This document shows, one piece after another, positions 1 through 11,553 of a stretch of DNA of 52,759 bases. Where the stretch lies: positions 1 to 52,759 of the forward strand of contig JANNQV010000050.1 in NCBI GenBank assembly GCA_031400935.1, in the 5' to 3' direction. Position numbers and translations under genes: made by a program. The DNA is from Armatimonadota bacterium. Lineage in GTDB: Bacteria; Armatimonadota; Fimbriimonadia; Fimbriimonadales; Fimbriimonadaceae. The first letter of the stretch is position 1; each line of letters starts with the position of its first letter. The notes beneath the pieces were generated by a model. The model searched no databases. It worked only from the letters and a program-made list of their open reading frames with translations, and was not told the DNA's origin.

Positions 1-398
1 AGAATTCCGACAAGTTTGCCTTTCTTGTCAACGATGGGAACGCCTGAGATGTGAAAGTGGTCCATTAGGGCGATAGCTTCTGAGATCGGCTTATCGGGCT
101 CCAACTTGATCGGATTCGTGATGACCCCGTGCTCACTTCGCTTGACTCGATCAACAGCTTCGGCCTGTTGTTCGATGGTCAAATTACGATGAATGACTCC
201 AACTCCGCCTTCTCGCGCCATGGCAATAGCTAACCGTGCGTCTGTGACCGTGTCCATAGGCGCGGATACAATTGGGATATGTAGCCTGATTCCGGGCAAA
301 AAAGGCGTAGAAAGGTCAACTTCTGAGGGCAGCACTTGGGTTTGCTGCGGGATGAGGAGTACGTCGTCGAAACTGAGGCCTTCACGAAAAACCGGCAT
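1..398 (-). CDS. guaB: IMP dehydrogenase, N-terminal part (runs off window start)
   Basis: Manual translation from CAT at 396-398 gives [17 protein letters not shown]...[12 protein letters not shown]...[17 protein letters not shown]...ISGVPIVD. This is the IMPDH N-terminus with a CBS domain. Absent from the ORF track because it is open-ended. Confidence 0.95.
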   Translation of the reverse strand, partial: MPVFREGLSFDDVLLIPQQTQVLPSEVDLSTPFLPGIRLHIPIVSAPMDTVTDARLAIAMAREGGVGVIHRNLTIEQQAEAVDRVKRSEHGVITNPIKLEPDKPISEAIALMDHFHISGVPIVDKKGKLVGI

Positions 399-606
399 AA
401 ATTGTTCCTGGAATTTCAATTCAGTTTGGCAGGTTTTGCACATCTGGAGCAAGGGAGGGTCAACCTGGCAAGAATGACTGAAAATTCCCAACGAGGTCGA
501 ACGGCGGACGAAATTCGGATACAATTTGGCTTGAATTTGAACGTAATGCCGTTGTGATTCCTTCTATTGATGAACGATCGGCAATATCGGGTGGCAAAGG
601 AAAAAA

Positions 607-2268
607 ATGAAAAAAACTTTTTTGATTGGATCAGGACTCTTAGCACTTTCGATGACGGCTAGCGCCCAGCTTAAGTCCACTCTTTACGCATCCGGCTTCT
701 CACTTCCGATAGCAATGGTGCAAGACCCGACAAATACCACTCGACAATTTGTGATCCAGCAACGTGGACTTGTGAGGTGCGTGATAAACGGAGTCGTTCA
801 GGGCACGAACGCTTTGAGTTTGGTAGGAACAGTTTCGACTGCAGGCTCTGAAAAGGGCTTGCTCGGCATGTGTTTCGATCCAAACTACGTAAAGAACGGA
901 ATCGTGTATTTTTACTACACAAGTGGCAATACGTCTGGTTCGACCACTAGTTGGGTTTCAAAAGCTCAGCGAAACATCGCAAATCCAAACCTATTCGATG
1001 TTGGGACACTTGACCCCATTTTCACACTTGCCCAGCCTTTTGAAAATCACAATGGAGGAACGATCAGGTTTGGTCCAGATGGTTATATGTACGTCGGGCT
1101 TGGCGACGGCGGATCGGGTGGCGATCCTAGTGATCGAGCACAAAATCTTACAAATCTCCTTGGAAAGATGCTCCGAATTGACCCTTCATCTGACGCATTT
1201 CCTGCTGACGCAAATAAGGACTATGCGATTCCTCCTGGGCAGCCATTCAGTGGCACGTGGGGCACATTGGGCCCAGAAATTTGGGCAATAGGCCTTCGTA
1301 ATCCATGGAAATGGAGCTTTGATAACCAGGCCATGCTTGGAACTGGCGGACTTTGGATAGCTGACGTTGGGCAAGGCACGTGGGAAGAAGTTGACTATTC
1401 GCCCTTAAATGCTTCTGCACGCAACTACGGATGGAGGCGAAGAGAAGGTTACGTTAATTTTACAACCACGACCGGCCCTAACACTAACTACCAAGATCCG
1501 ATTTGGGTTTACAATCATACTGTTGGTGCTTCAATTACCGGCGGATACGTATATCGCGGCCTAAGGCTAGGCGATCATTTTGGAAAGTATTTCTTTGCCG
1601 ACTATGTTTCTGGCAGAATGTGGTCATTGATACCGACGTACAGTTTGACAACTGGCGAGGCAATAAACGCCATTCCGTCCGACGTTACGGAACTTACGAG
1701 CGATTTGGCGATTCCCGGCACTACTTTGAGTTCCATTGACGTTGACGCAGCTGGGGAGCTTTACTACGTTGGCTATGGGAACGGTAGCATTTACCGTATT
1801 GACCCAGAAGACCAGGCTTGGGTTACCGATTACAACGGTTCGCAAATAGTTGTGACGCAAGGCCAGCTTCGCAGTTTTTCGGCTCCTGACGACAAGCTTT
1901 TTGCATATCGGGCAACCTTTGGGCAAGAAGTCATTGATGGAGATGCAGGAGTTTTAAGGGTTGGATTTACTCATAACAAAGCAAGCGTAAGTACGATTCA
2001 AGTCAAATTAGTAGCGAAAACGAATCAGCCTTCGGGAGCCAGCGGAAGAATCGCAATCCGAAACTGGAGCACGAAGAGGCTAGATGTGATTCACAATTTC
2101 TCCATGACAACGGCTTTGCAGACATTTAATTCGACCGCCGTTACTTCTGCTAACCACATCCGCGCAGGAGACAATCGAATTGAAATTGTCGTGTTGGGCA
2201 ATTCACAGTTGGCCTTGGTTTATCCGGTAACGACTTCGCTTGATCAGATCAAAGTTACGGTCAATTAG
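607..2268 (+). CDS. Secreted PQQ-dependent glucose/sorbosone dehydrogenase-family beta-propeller with an extra C-terminal domain
   Basis: Signal peptide plus GSDH-family motifs EKGLLG, NHNGG-IRFGPDGYMY, GDGG, GLRNPW, DVGQ..EE, SITGG.VYRG. Confidence 0.85.
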   Translation: MKKTFLIGSGLLALSMTASAQLKSTLYASGFSLPIAMVQDPTNTTRQFVIQQRGLVRCVINGVVQGTNALSLVGTVSTAGSEKGLLGMCFDPNYVKNGIVYFYYTSGNTSGSTTSWVSKAQRNIANPNLFDVGTLDPIFTLAQPFENHNGGTIRFGPDGYMYVGLGDGGSGGDPSDRAQNLTNLLGKMLRIDPSSDAFPADANKDYAIPPGQPFSGTWGTLGPEIWAIGLRNPWKWSFDNQAMLGTGGLWIADVGQGTWEEVDYSPLNASARNYGWRRREGYVNFTTTTGPNTNYQDPIWVYNHTVGASITGGYVYRGLRLGDHFGKYFFADYVSGRMWSLIPTYSLTTGEAINAIPSDVTELTSDLAIPGTTLSSIDVDAAGELYYVGYGNGSIYRIDPEDQAWVTDYNGSQIVVTQGQLRSFSAPDDKLFAYRATFGQEVIDGDAGVLRVGFTHNKASVSTIQVKLVAKTNQPSGASGRIAIRNWSTKRLDVIHNFSMTTALQTFNSTAVTSANHIRAGDNRIEIVVLGNSQLALVYPVTTSLDQIKVTVN

Positions 2269-2357
2269 AGGTTTTGGGAGTGCTCGTGCTTGATCGAGCT
2301 GCTGGTTCAGTCAAAGCTCGGTCAAGCACGAGCACTTCCAAATGGTATGATTCCAAT

Positions 2358-4905
<2,548 letters not shown>

Positions 4906-4908
4906 CCT

Positions 4909-5796
4909 ATGACTTCCACTTGTTTGCCAATCAGCTCATACGATCTCGATCTGAATCAGTCTCTATTGTGTGGCCAAGTCTTTCGTTGGAAGAAAATCGG
5001 GAAGTCTTTCATCGGAATTGATGGCTCGAATTTCGCAAAAATTTCTCTCGGCGAAGAACGGGTCATCGGAATTGAGGATACAAATGCTGCGCTAAGCAAT
5101 TGGGAACGATTCTTTCATCTCGAACTCAAAACAGAAGAAGTGTGGAACCAATTCAATTCTGCCGATCCAAGTTTCTCAAGAGACTTTTCCCATCTTAGTG
5201 CGCTCAGACTTCTTCGGCCTTCGAACCCGATTGAAGTGTTATTTTGCTTTCTATGCACATCAAACAATCATCTTTCTAGAATTCAAAAAATGGTTGACAC
5301 ACTGGCTAACTTGGGGCAAACAGCCGCCGAAATTGATGGCCACAAGGTCAAGAATTTTCCGTCACTCGACCGCTTATCTAAGGTTTCTGAAGCTGAGTTT
5401 CGGAATTGTGGTTTTGGATATCGCGGAGCGACGATCCCGAACGTAGTTGCACAATTGCAGGATCGTGGTGACGATTGGCTCACATCACTAAAGGAAGCTG
5501 ATTACAAGGAAGCCCATTTTGAACTCATAAAGCTTTCGGGAGTAGGCCCAAAGCTAGCAGATTGCATTTGCCTATATGGCTTGCATTTTGATTCTGCCGT
5601 TCCAGTTGACACTCATCTTCACCAAGCAGTTGCTCGTCGCTATCTGCCAACTTCGCCGAAAAAAGCCATGACCAAGAACTTCTATAACGAAATCGGCGAC
5701 CTAATACGCGAAAGATTTGGAGAGTTGGCAGGCTGGGCACAGCTAATTCTGTATTACGACAACCTCCTAAAGCACCGACGCGGTTCGATACAATAG
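4909..5796 (+). CDS. 8-oxoguanine DNA glycosylase/AP lyase (OGG1-like)
   Basis: OGG_N motif CGQVFRW, NNHLSRI, GFGYR, and HhH-GPD GVGPKLADC...VPVDTH with catalytic Lys and Asp. Confidence 0.9.
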   Translation: MTSTCLPISSYDLDLNQSLLCGQVFRWKKIGKSFIGIDGSNFAKISLGEERVIGIEDTNAALSNWERFFHLELKTEEVWNQFNSADPSFSRDFSHLSALRLLRPSNPIEVLFCFLCTSNNHLSRIQKMVDTLANLGQTAAEIDGHKVKNFPSLDRLSKVSEAEFRNCGFGYRGATIPNVVAQLQDRGDDWLTSLKEADYKEAHFELIKLSGVGPKLADCICLYGLHFDSAVPVDTHLHQAVARRYLPTSPKKAMTKNFYNEIGDLIRERFGELAGWAQLILYYDNLLKHRRGSIQ

Positions 5797-5801
5797 TAGG
5801 A

Positions 5802-6671
5802 ATGAAATTGTTGGCGCTGAATGCGGTTGGTGGGCTATGCCTACTTGGTGTCTCATGCTCCTCTGAGCAACAACCCAATTCGACGCCACCTGTTTCTTCA
5901 ACAATAAGCATTAACGCGGATAACTTAGAAGAGAGTTCAGGCGTAGCCCCAAGTCTCAATAATCCCGGTTGGTTTTACTCGCACAACGACGACGACAACC
6001 CGATGCGATATTGGAAATTCAACCTCGATGGCAAAGTGCTTGGCCCCTACGTTATGCCCGAAATTGTAAATCGTGATGTGGAGGACATGGCGGCTGCTAA
6101 GATTGACGGCAAATCATATCTCTATTTCGCAGACATCGGCGACAATCAGGCCAGATACGATTCGGTACGAATCTACAGGGTATTGGAGCCAACAGCGACT
6201 TCTGGAGAGCAACGCAAGGTTGATGTTTTCACTATAAGATATCCGAATGGTGCGATGAATTCAGAAGCGTTTATTGTTGATCCTATAAGCGGTGATTTTT
6301 GGATTGCTGAAAAGACCGCCAAGAAGGAAGCTAGAGTTTTTCGCTGCTCAAACCCTAAACCTGGCAACAACAAGATTGAGCAGGTTGGCACAATATCAGT
6401 CGGCTCTTCCATCCTTGCAACCAGACTCATTACTGGAGCATCGGCTTCCCAAGATGGTAAACGGGTGATCGTGCGAACGTACGTTGATGCCTACGAATTT
6501 GATGCAAGCACTGGCTTCCAAAAATGGCGGATGCGGAAGCCCAGCACGATCAAACTGAATGTGGAAGGACAGGGCGAAGCCATCTGCTTTACTCTCGATG
6601 GCAACCAAATTATCACGACTTCCGAAGGGAATCCTTGCCAAGTTTCTACGATCTCAGCAAAAAATGACTAG
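5802..6671 (+). CDS. Lipoprotein, probable beta-propeller of unknown function
   Basis: Lipobox-like LGVSC followed by ESSG, HND, D.ED, ADIGDN and QGEAI motifs typical of a conserved secreted propeller family. Confidence 0.65.
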   Translation: MKLLALNAVGGLCLLGVSCSSEQQPNSTPPVSSTISINADNLEESSGVAPSLNNPGWFYSHNDDDNPMRYWKFNLDGKVLGPYVMPEIVNRDVEDMAAAKIDGKSYLYFADIGDNQARYDSVRIYRVLEPTATSGEQRKVDVFTIRYPNGAMNSEAFIVDPISGDFWIAEKTAKKEARVFRCSNPKPGNNKIEQVGTISVGSSILATRLITGASASQDGKRVIVRTYVDAYEFDASTGFQKWRMRKPSTIKLNVEGQGEAICFTLDGNQIITTSEGNPCQVSTISAKND

Positions 6672-6741
6672 GAGTTTGGCCAAAATCAGGTCATAATGAA
6701 CTCACGGCTGCAGCCTTTGGCATGCGGCTGTTTTGCCTGAA

Positions 6742-8976
6742 ATGTCTAGCACAATCACGCTTACTGAGATTCCCCATGAATGGGAAGAGCCGCAGGAGCT
6801 CACAGAGCTTCTCGAAATCCTGCGCGAACAGAGGCCGTCAACAGACTCAAATCTCATCCGCAAAGCCTACTTTGTGGCAGAGCAGGCACATTCTGGCCAG
6901 GTTAGAGGCACAGGCGAGCCCTATATCACGCATCCGCTGGCGGTTGCCCGAATTTTGACCGAGCTACGAGTTGACGACGATTCGATCATTTCGGCCTTGC
7001 TTCACGATGTCCTGGAAGACTGTCCCGAAATCAGCACAGATGCTATTGAGAAGGAATTTGGCAAAGATGTACGAGCCATCGTAGAAGGTGTCACCAAATT
7101 GAAGTTCAAGGCGGCGACAGGTTCCTCGGCAGTTCAAAGGAGTCGAGCGGAAACTAGCCGCGCTGCGGAAACACTGCGAAAAATGCTCCTCGCGATGGCG
7201 AACGACTTTCGGGTGATCATCATCAAGCTTGCCGACCGACTTCACAACATGATCACCCTTGATGGTTTGCCGCCCGAAAAACGCACACGAATCTCTAACG
7301 AGACGATTGACGTTTATGCCCCTCTCGCTGCCCGGCTCGGAATTTGGCAAATCAAATGGCAGCTTGAAGACCTTGCCTTCAAATATCTCTATCCAGAAGA
7401 GTTCAAGCGAGTGAGCGAAATGGTAGCAAAGAGCCGCGTGGATCGTGAATTAGAACTCGGTCGTGCGATTATCGAGCTGAAGGAGAGACTCGAACAGAAG
7501 GGTGTATCGGTAAACGAAATCCGGGGACGGCCTAAGCACCTCTATTCGATTTTCAACAAAATGGTGAAGCAGCACGTAGATTTCGATGAAATTTACGACC
7601 TATTGGCAGTTCGAGTTGTTGTCAACGACATGCCGGAATGCTATCTTGCGCTAGGCGTCGTTCATGAGCTTTGGATGCCGATTCCTGGTTTGTTTTCTGA
7701 CTTCATCGCCAAGCCAAAGCCGAACGGATACCAGTCGCTCCATACAAAGGTCGTTGGGCCGTTGGGCAGCCCGCTTGAGATTCAAATTCGCACACGCGAG
7801 ATGCACGACATCGCCGAGCACGGCGTTGCCGCGCATTGGACGTACAAAGAAGACAACCCTAAGGCAAAGGATTCAACCCAATTCACAAGGTTGCGCTCGC
7901 AGCTTTTTGACTGGTCAAGCGATTCGAAACTCAGTTCAGACTTCTTGCGAAGCATCACTAATGACCTCTTCAGCGAGCAAGTTTTCGTCTTTACGCCGAA
8001 GGGCGACGTGATAGACCTGCCGAATGAATCCACCCCCGTAGATTTTGCCTTTAGAGTCCATTCCCAGCTTGGACTCACTATGGTTGGCGCCAAGATCAAC
8101 GGCCATATTGTCCCACTCGCGACAAGGCTTCAAAACGGCGACGTGGTCGAATTGATAACTAGGGCAAATGCAACTCCCAGCCTCGATTGGCTTGAGTTCG
8201 TTCGCTCCTCCCATGCGAGAAACAAACTCCGCAATTATTTTAGAAAAATTACGAAGGTGGACGATGCCGCTCGTGGCCGCGACCTTCTAGAGCGAGAATT
8301 AAAGCCCTTTGGGCTTGACCCGAAGGCATACCTTGGCGAGGACAAAATGTCCGAGCTTGCTAAGCAGTTTCACGGCGTTGACGGTGCAGTTGACCTATTC
8401 TCAAAGGTTGGGGCAGGTCTTCTCTCCGCTCATAACATCGTCAACAAGCTTCGCGGGCACACGCAAGACGTCAAGCCGCTCGACCAAATCCAAATCAATC
8501 CATCTCGTCAAGGCAAGCTGACGGTAAGCACCAGCGGAATGGATGGCACGATGGTCAAACGCGCAAAGTGCTGCGATCCGCTCCCTGGTGATGACGTTTT
8601 GGGCTATGTCACCCGTGGCAGGGGAATCATGGTTCACCGCCGGTCGTGCCCGAACGCCGCCAGCTACCAGCAAAAAGAAGCCGAGCGCATGATCCCGCTG
8701 GATTGGCCGAGCGATGGCAGCAACCATTCCGTCGAGCTGCAGATTATCACCGTCAACCGCCAGGGCTTGCTCATGGATATTTCGACCATTTTTGGCGAGG
8801 CGAAGACCAATGTTTCGGCTGCCCGAATTCGGACGCTGCAGAATTCAACGGCAGAAATCAATGTGACTATCGAGGTCGCCGACACCACCCAGCTCAGCCA
8901 GGTGATGAACAAGATCAGCAACTTCGCCGACGTCATCTCGATTCTGAGGGTGTATGGCAAGACGGCTGGGAAGTGA
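6742..8976 (+). CDS. rel: Bifunctional (p)ppGpp synthetase/hydrolase (long RSH)
   Basis: HD hydrolase (PYITHP, LLHDVLED, KLADRLHN), synthetase (RPKH, YQSLHT, EIQIRT), then TGS, ZFD and ACT domains. Confidence 0.97.
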   Translation: MSSTITLTEIPHEWEEPQELTELLEILREQRPSTDSNLIRKAYFVAEQAHSGQVRGTGEPYITHPLAVARILTELRVDDDSIISALLHDVLEDCPEISTDAIEKEFGKDVRAIVEGVTKLKFKAATGSSAVQRSRAETSRAAETLRKMLLAMANDFRVIIIKLADRLHNMITLDGLPPEKRTRISNETIDVYAPLAARLGIWQIKWQLEDLAFKYLYPEEFKRVSEMVAKSRVDRELELGRAIIELKERLEQKGVSVNEIRGRPKHLYSIFNKMVKQHVDFDEIYDLLAVRVVVNDMPECYLALGVVHELWMPIPGLFSDFIAKPKPNGYQSLHTKVVGPLGSPLEIQIRTREMHDIAEHGVAAHWTYKEDNPKAKDSTQFTRLRSQLFDWSSDSKLSSDFLRSITNDLFSEQVFVFTPKGDVIDLPNESTPVDFAFRVHSQLGLTMVGAKINGHIVPLATRLQNGDVVELITRANATPSLDWLEFVRSSHARNKLRNYFRKITKVDDAARGRDLLERELKPFGLDPKAYLGEDKMSELAKQFHGVDGAVDLFSKVGAGLLSAHNIVNKLRGHTQDVKPLDQIQINPSRQGKLTVSTSGMDGTMVKRAKCCDPLPGDDVLGYVTRGRGIMVHRRSCPNAASYQQKEAERMIPLDWPSDGSNHSVELQIITVNRQGLLMDISTIFGEAKTNVSAARIRTLQNSTAEINVTIEVADTTQLSQVMNKISNFADVISILRVYGKTAGK

Positions 8977-8978
8977 AG

Positions 8979-9018
8979 CCCCTTCCTTCCATGGGAGGAA
9001 GGGGTTGGGGATGGAGGG
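8979..9018 (+). repeat. CCCCTTCC/GGAAGGGG hairpin with G-rich tail; REP-like, may also terminate rel transcription
   Basis: ccccttccttcc-atg-ggaggaagggg-ttggggatggaggg immediately after the rel stop. A similar G-rich tail follows lysS. Confidence 0.55.
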
Positions 9019-9096
9019 TTGTGTTGGAGAGCACACGACCGTTGTTACGCCATGACGGTCGGTCGATCAAAAATCGAACCATACTGAGTAATTACA

Positions 9097-10041
9097 ATGT
9101 CGATAAGCGAAAAATCATTAGCAGCAGTCAAGGATCGATTGCCAAGTATTTTGGGTGATCCGGAAGTTAATTCCATTCGCGAGAGCCGTGACCACGTTTT
9201 GGCTAGGTATGGACCGTTATTCCAACCTTCAAAAATTGGACTAATTTCCAAAGCAGAATTTCTCGGATTCTTGGCCTTTGAAAACAACTGCCATTGGCCG
9301 TTGCATCGACAGGGCCCTTCAATGACATCAGACATGGTAGTTCTCCGGTCAGCTCTGGAGATATTAGTTGATGAATCAAGTCCGATTGAGCAACGATTCA
9401 CAACGTCAATACAGATGATTAAGGGTTTTGGCAAGGGAACGGCAAGTGCGATCCTTTTAGTTGCATATCCAAACAAGTACGGTGTGTGGAACACCAAATC
9501 TGAGCAAACCCTAAAGTCAATAGGTATTTGGAACCCAGATTCAAGCCTAACGGCAGGTGAGAACTATAGCATCGTCAATGATGTCCTGATACGACTATCT
9601 GAAGATTTGAAGCTAGACCTGTGGACGCTGGACTCTGTGTGGTGGCGCTGGGGAAACAACCAAAAGTTCAGTGGAGTGGTTCAGGACGGACGCCCCGATC
9701 CTACGGAGCTCCCCTCGAGTTCCACGTTTCCTGAAGGGGCTAAGACTCAAATCACAGTAAATTCTTATGAACGAAACTCAAAGGCTAGAGTTGTATGCTT
9801 GAAACATTACGGCTACAAATGCCAAGTCTGCGAGTTCACTTTTGAATCAAAGTACTTTGAACTAGGAAAGGACTTCATTCACGTTCACCACGTGATTGAC
9901 ATTCATCTGATCGGAGAACAGTACGAGGTCGACCCAATCAAGGACCTAATTCCAGTCTGCCCTAACTGTCATGCAATGCTTCATAGAACTACTCCCGCAT
10001 TAACGGTCGAGAAGCTGCGAGCAATCATACATTCACAGTAA
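9097..10041 (+). CDS. HNH endonuclease (McrA-like C-terminus) with a helical N-terminal domain; putative type IV restriction enzyme
   Basis: C-terminal YERN..AR..CL..YGYKCQVC...IHVHH...DLIPVCPNCHAMLH. The N-terminal domain has an HhH-like IKGFGKGTASAILL. Confidence 0.8.
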   Translation: MSISEKSLAAVKDRLPSILGDPEVNSIRESRDHVLARYGPLFQPSKIGLISKAEFLGFLAFENNCHWPLHRQGPSMTSDMVVLRSALEILVDESSPIEQRFTTSIQMIKGFGKGTASAILLVAYPNKYGVWNTKSEQTLKSIGIWNPDSSLTAGENYSIVNDVLIRLSEDLKLDLWTLDSVWWRWGNNQKFSGVVQDGRPDPTELPSSSTFPEGAKTQITVNSYERNSKARVVCLKHYGYKCQVCEFTFESKYFELGKDFIHVHHVIDIHLIGEQYEVDPIKDLIPVCPNCHAMLHRTTPALTVEKLRAIIHSQ

Positions 10042-10184
10042 CGACTGCTATTCCCCCGACCCAACTTGAGCCGAGGGAAAACTCAAACTAGCTCATTCTT
10101 CTGGATGCGTGACTTTCACAGCATTTGATCCCTTTTCGTTATCTTCAGTAGTCACCACATAGACCTTGAAAATCTTTTGCGAGC

Positions 10185-10206
10185 CGACGGGTGACCTGGA
10201 CAGATT
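10185..10206 (+). repeat. Outer half-site motif; inverted partner at 10951-10972
   Basis: cgacgggtgacctggacagatt versus the reverse complement of 10951-10972, cgacgggtgaccctgacagatt (20/22 identical). Confidence 0.85.
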
Positions 10207-10229
10207 CCCTAAACTAGAAAGTCTCGCTC

Positions 10230-10269
10230 CGGGTGGCACTGACAGGCGAGGAACGAGTTTGTCAGTGTT
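10230..10269 (+). repeat. REP-like hairpin, left copy of the perfect 40-bp inverted repeat flanking the RAYT
   Basis: cgggtggCACTGACAggcgaggaacgagttTGTCAGTGtt; exact reverse complement at 10898-10937. Confidence 0.95.
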
Positions 10270-10291
10270 GCTACTTTCAACCTCATAAACA

Positions 10292-10320
10292 TTGACATTT
10301 TCACTCGCCTCGGTTAATCT
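10292..10320 (+). promoter_or_regulatory. Sigma70-type promoter of the RAYT gene (near-leaderless)
   Basis: TTGACA (10292-10297), 17-bp spacer, TAATCT (10315-10320), ATG at 10330. Confidence 0.7.
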
Positions 10321-10329
10321 TCCTCGAAC

Positions 10330-10893
10330 ATGGTGGAAAAACCAAAAACGCGAAAAGCGATCAATACTGCCTACCATGCTCACGAACTCACATTTTCGTG
10401 CTATAGGCGACAGCCAATGCTTGCAAGCGACCAAGTGAAACCTTTGCTTCTTGAGTCTTTGGCTGCTGCTAAAGAAAAATGGAACTTCCAGATTTGGGCT
10501 TATGTAATCATGCCTGAACACGTCCACGTACTCATACATCCAAACGAACAAATATACGATGTGTCCAAGATCCTAAAGGCAATCAAGCAACCTATTTCCC
10601 AAAAACTGGCTTCAAAGGAAAGGAAGGGCAAGTCTCTTCTACGGAGTGATTTGAAGACTAGCAAACCTGGAAAAGAAGCTGCGTTTACCTTTTGGCAGCC
10701 AGGCGGGGGCTACGACAGAAATCTGTATTCTGCCAAAGCCATCTGGAAGTCCATTCAATACATCCACATGAACCCAGTAAAGAGAGGATTAGTTGAGCAG
10801 CCCACAGAATACGAATGGTCATCTGCACAGGCTTACAATGGTAGTGAAGACGTGCCCTTATTAATAGACAAGTGCGATATTTGGCTGGTGTGA
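10330..10893 (+). mobile_element. REP-associated tyrosine transposase (RAYT/TnpA-REP, HUH Y1 family), intact ORF
   Basis: HELTFSC, WAYVIMPEHVH (HUH), FWQ.GGGYDRN and YIHMNPV.RGLV..P.EY.WSSA (catalytic Tyr). Flanked by inverted REP hairpins. Confidence 0.92.
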
Positions 10894-10897
10894 CAAG

Positions 10898-10972
10898 AAC
10901 ACTGACAAACTCGTTCCTCGCCTGTCAGTGCCACCCGAAGCCTAATTTACAATCTGTCAGGGTCACCCGTCG
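10898..10972 (-). repeat. Right REP hairpin (10898-10937) plus outer half-site (10951-10972)
   Basis: Reverse complements of 10230-10269 (exact) and 10185-10206 (near-exact). Confidence 0.93.
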
Positions 10973-11343
10973 TTAGGTTCTTGCATGTCCACCTTGGCTC
11001 CATATGCGACGAGCACCTTCACTGAATCGACGTCGCCGCCGCTGACCGCGTAAGATAAGGGCAGCAATCCGTTGGCGTCGGCCAGATTTGGGTTGGCGCC
11101 TTCGCTTAGGAGCAGGTCAAGAAGAACGGGGCTCGTAATGCTCAGCACTAGCGCAGAGAATCCCCGATTCGGGTCTTTGTCAATGGAGTTGGGATTGGCT
11201 CCGCTCTCTAGCAACGAACGCGCAGTAGCAACATCGCCCACAGTACATGCGCCAACGAGGTCCGAATTCAGGGTCGTTTGATCCGGCTTGCATCCCCAGA
11301 GTCCGAACGCGAGCGTAGCCGCCAAGACAGATCGAGTCAACAT
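10963..11343 (-). CDS. Ankyrin-repeat lipoprotein, possibly 3'-truncated
   Basis: Lipobox LWGC and ankyrin repeats (LLESGANPN, LLSEGANPN, G.LPLSYA, LVAYGAKVD). The stop codon lies inside the half-site motif. Confidence 0.8.
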   Translation of the reverse strand: MLTRSVLAATLAFGLWGCKPDQTTLNSDLVGACTVGDVATARSLLESGANPNSIDKDPNRGFSALVLSITSPVLLDLLLSEGANPNLADANGLLPLSYAVSGGDVDSVKVLVAYGAKVDMQEPNDG

Positions 11344-11366
11344 GTCGCGAACATTTTACCTTTGCC

Positions 11367-11534
11367 GGGTGCCATGGCCAGCCATTCTTCGGTCAATTGA
11401 TCTAACTTGGGATAGAATGGGAAAAGAATGATTGTCCATGACAGCGAGATCGAAACACAGACAAATCGAAGGTCTAGACCAAGGGAAAGGAACGAAGTAA
11501 ATCGGGACTCGTTCCTCGCCTGTCATTGCCAACC
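11367..11534. repeat. REP doublet: long-loop hairpin 11367-11440 (+) and interrupted RAYT-type hairpin 11456-11534 (-)
   Basis: gggtgccatggccagccattctt...aagaatgattgtccatg, and cacagacaaa[~42-bp insert]ctcgttcctcgcctgtcattgccaacc. Confidence 0.85.
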
Positions 11535-11553
11535 GAAGCCATGTTTTTACGGT

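Noticed and set aside
8646..9158. 170-aa alternative-frame ORF across the rel 3' end
   Set aside because: It overlaps rel out of frame in a GC-rich stretch, runs through a repeat, and has no recognisable motif.
10230..10937. DDE insertion sequence with terminal inverted repeats
   Set aside because: The enclosed protein is HUH/Y1 rather than DDE, the repeats are internal hairpins, and no target-site duplication is visible.
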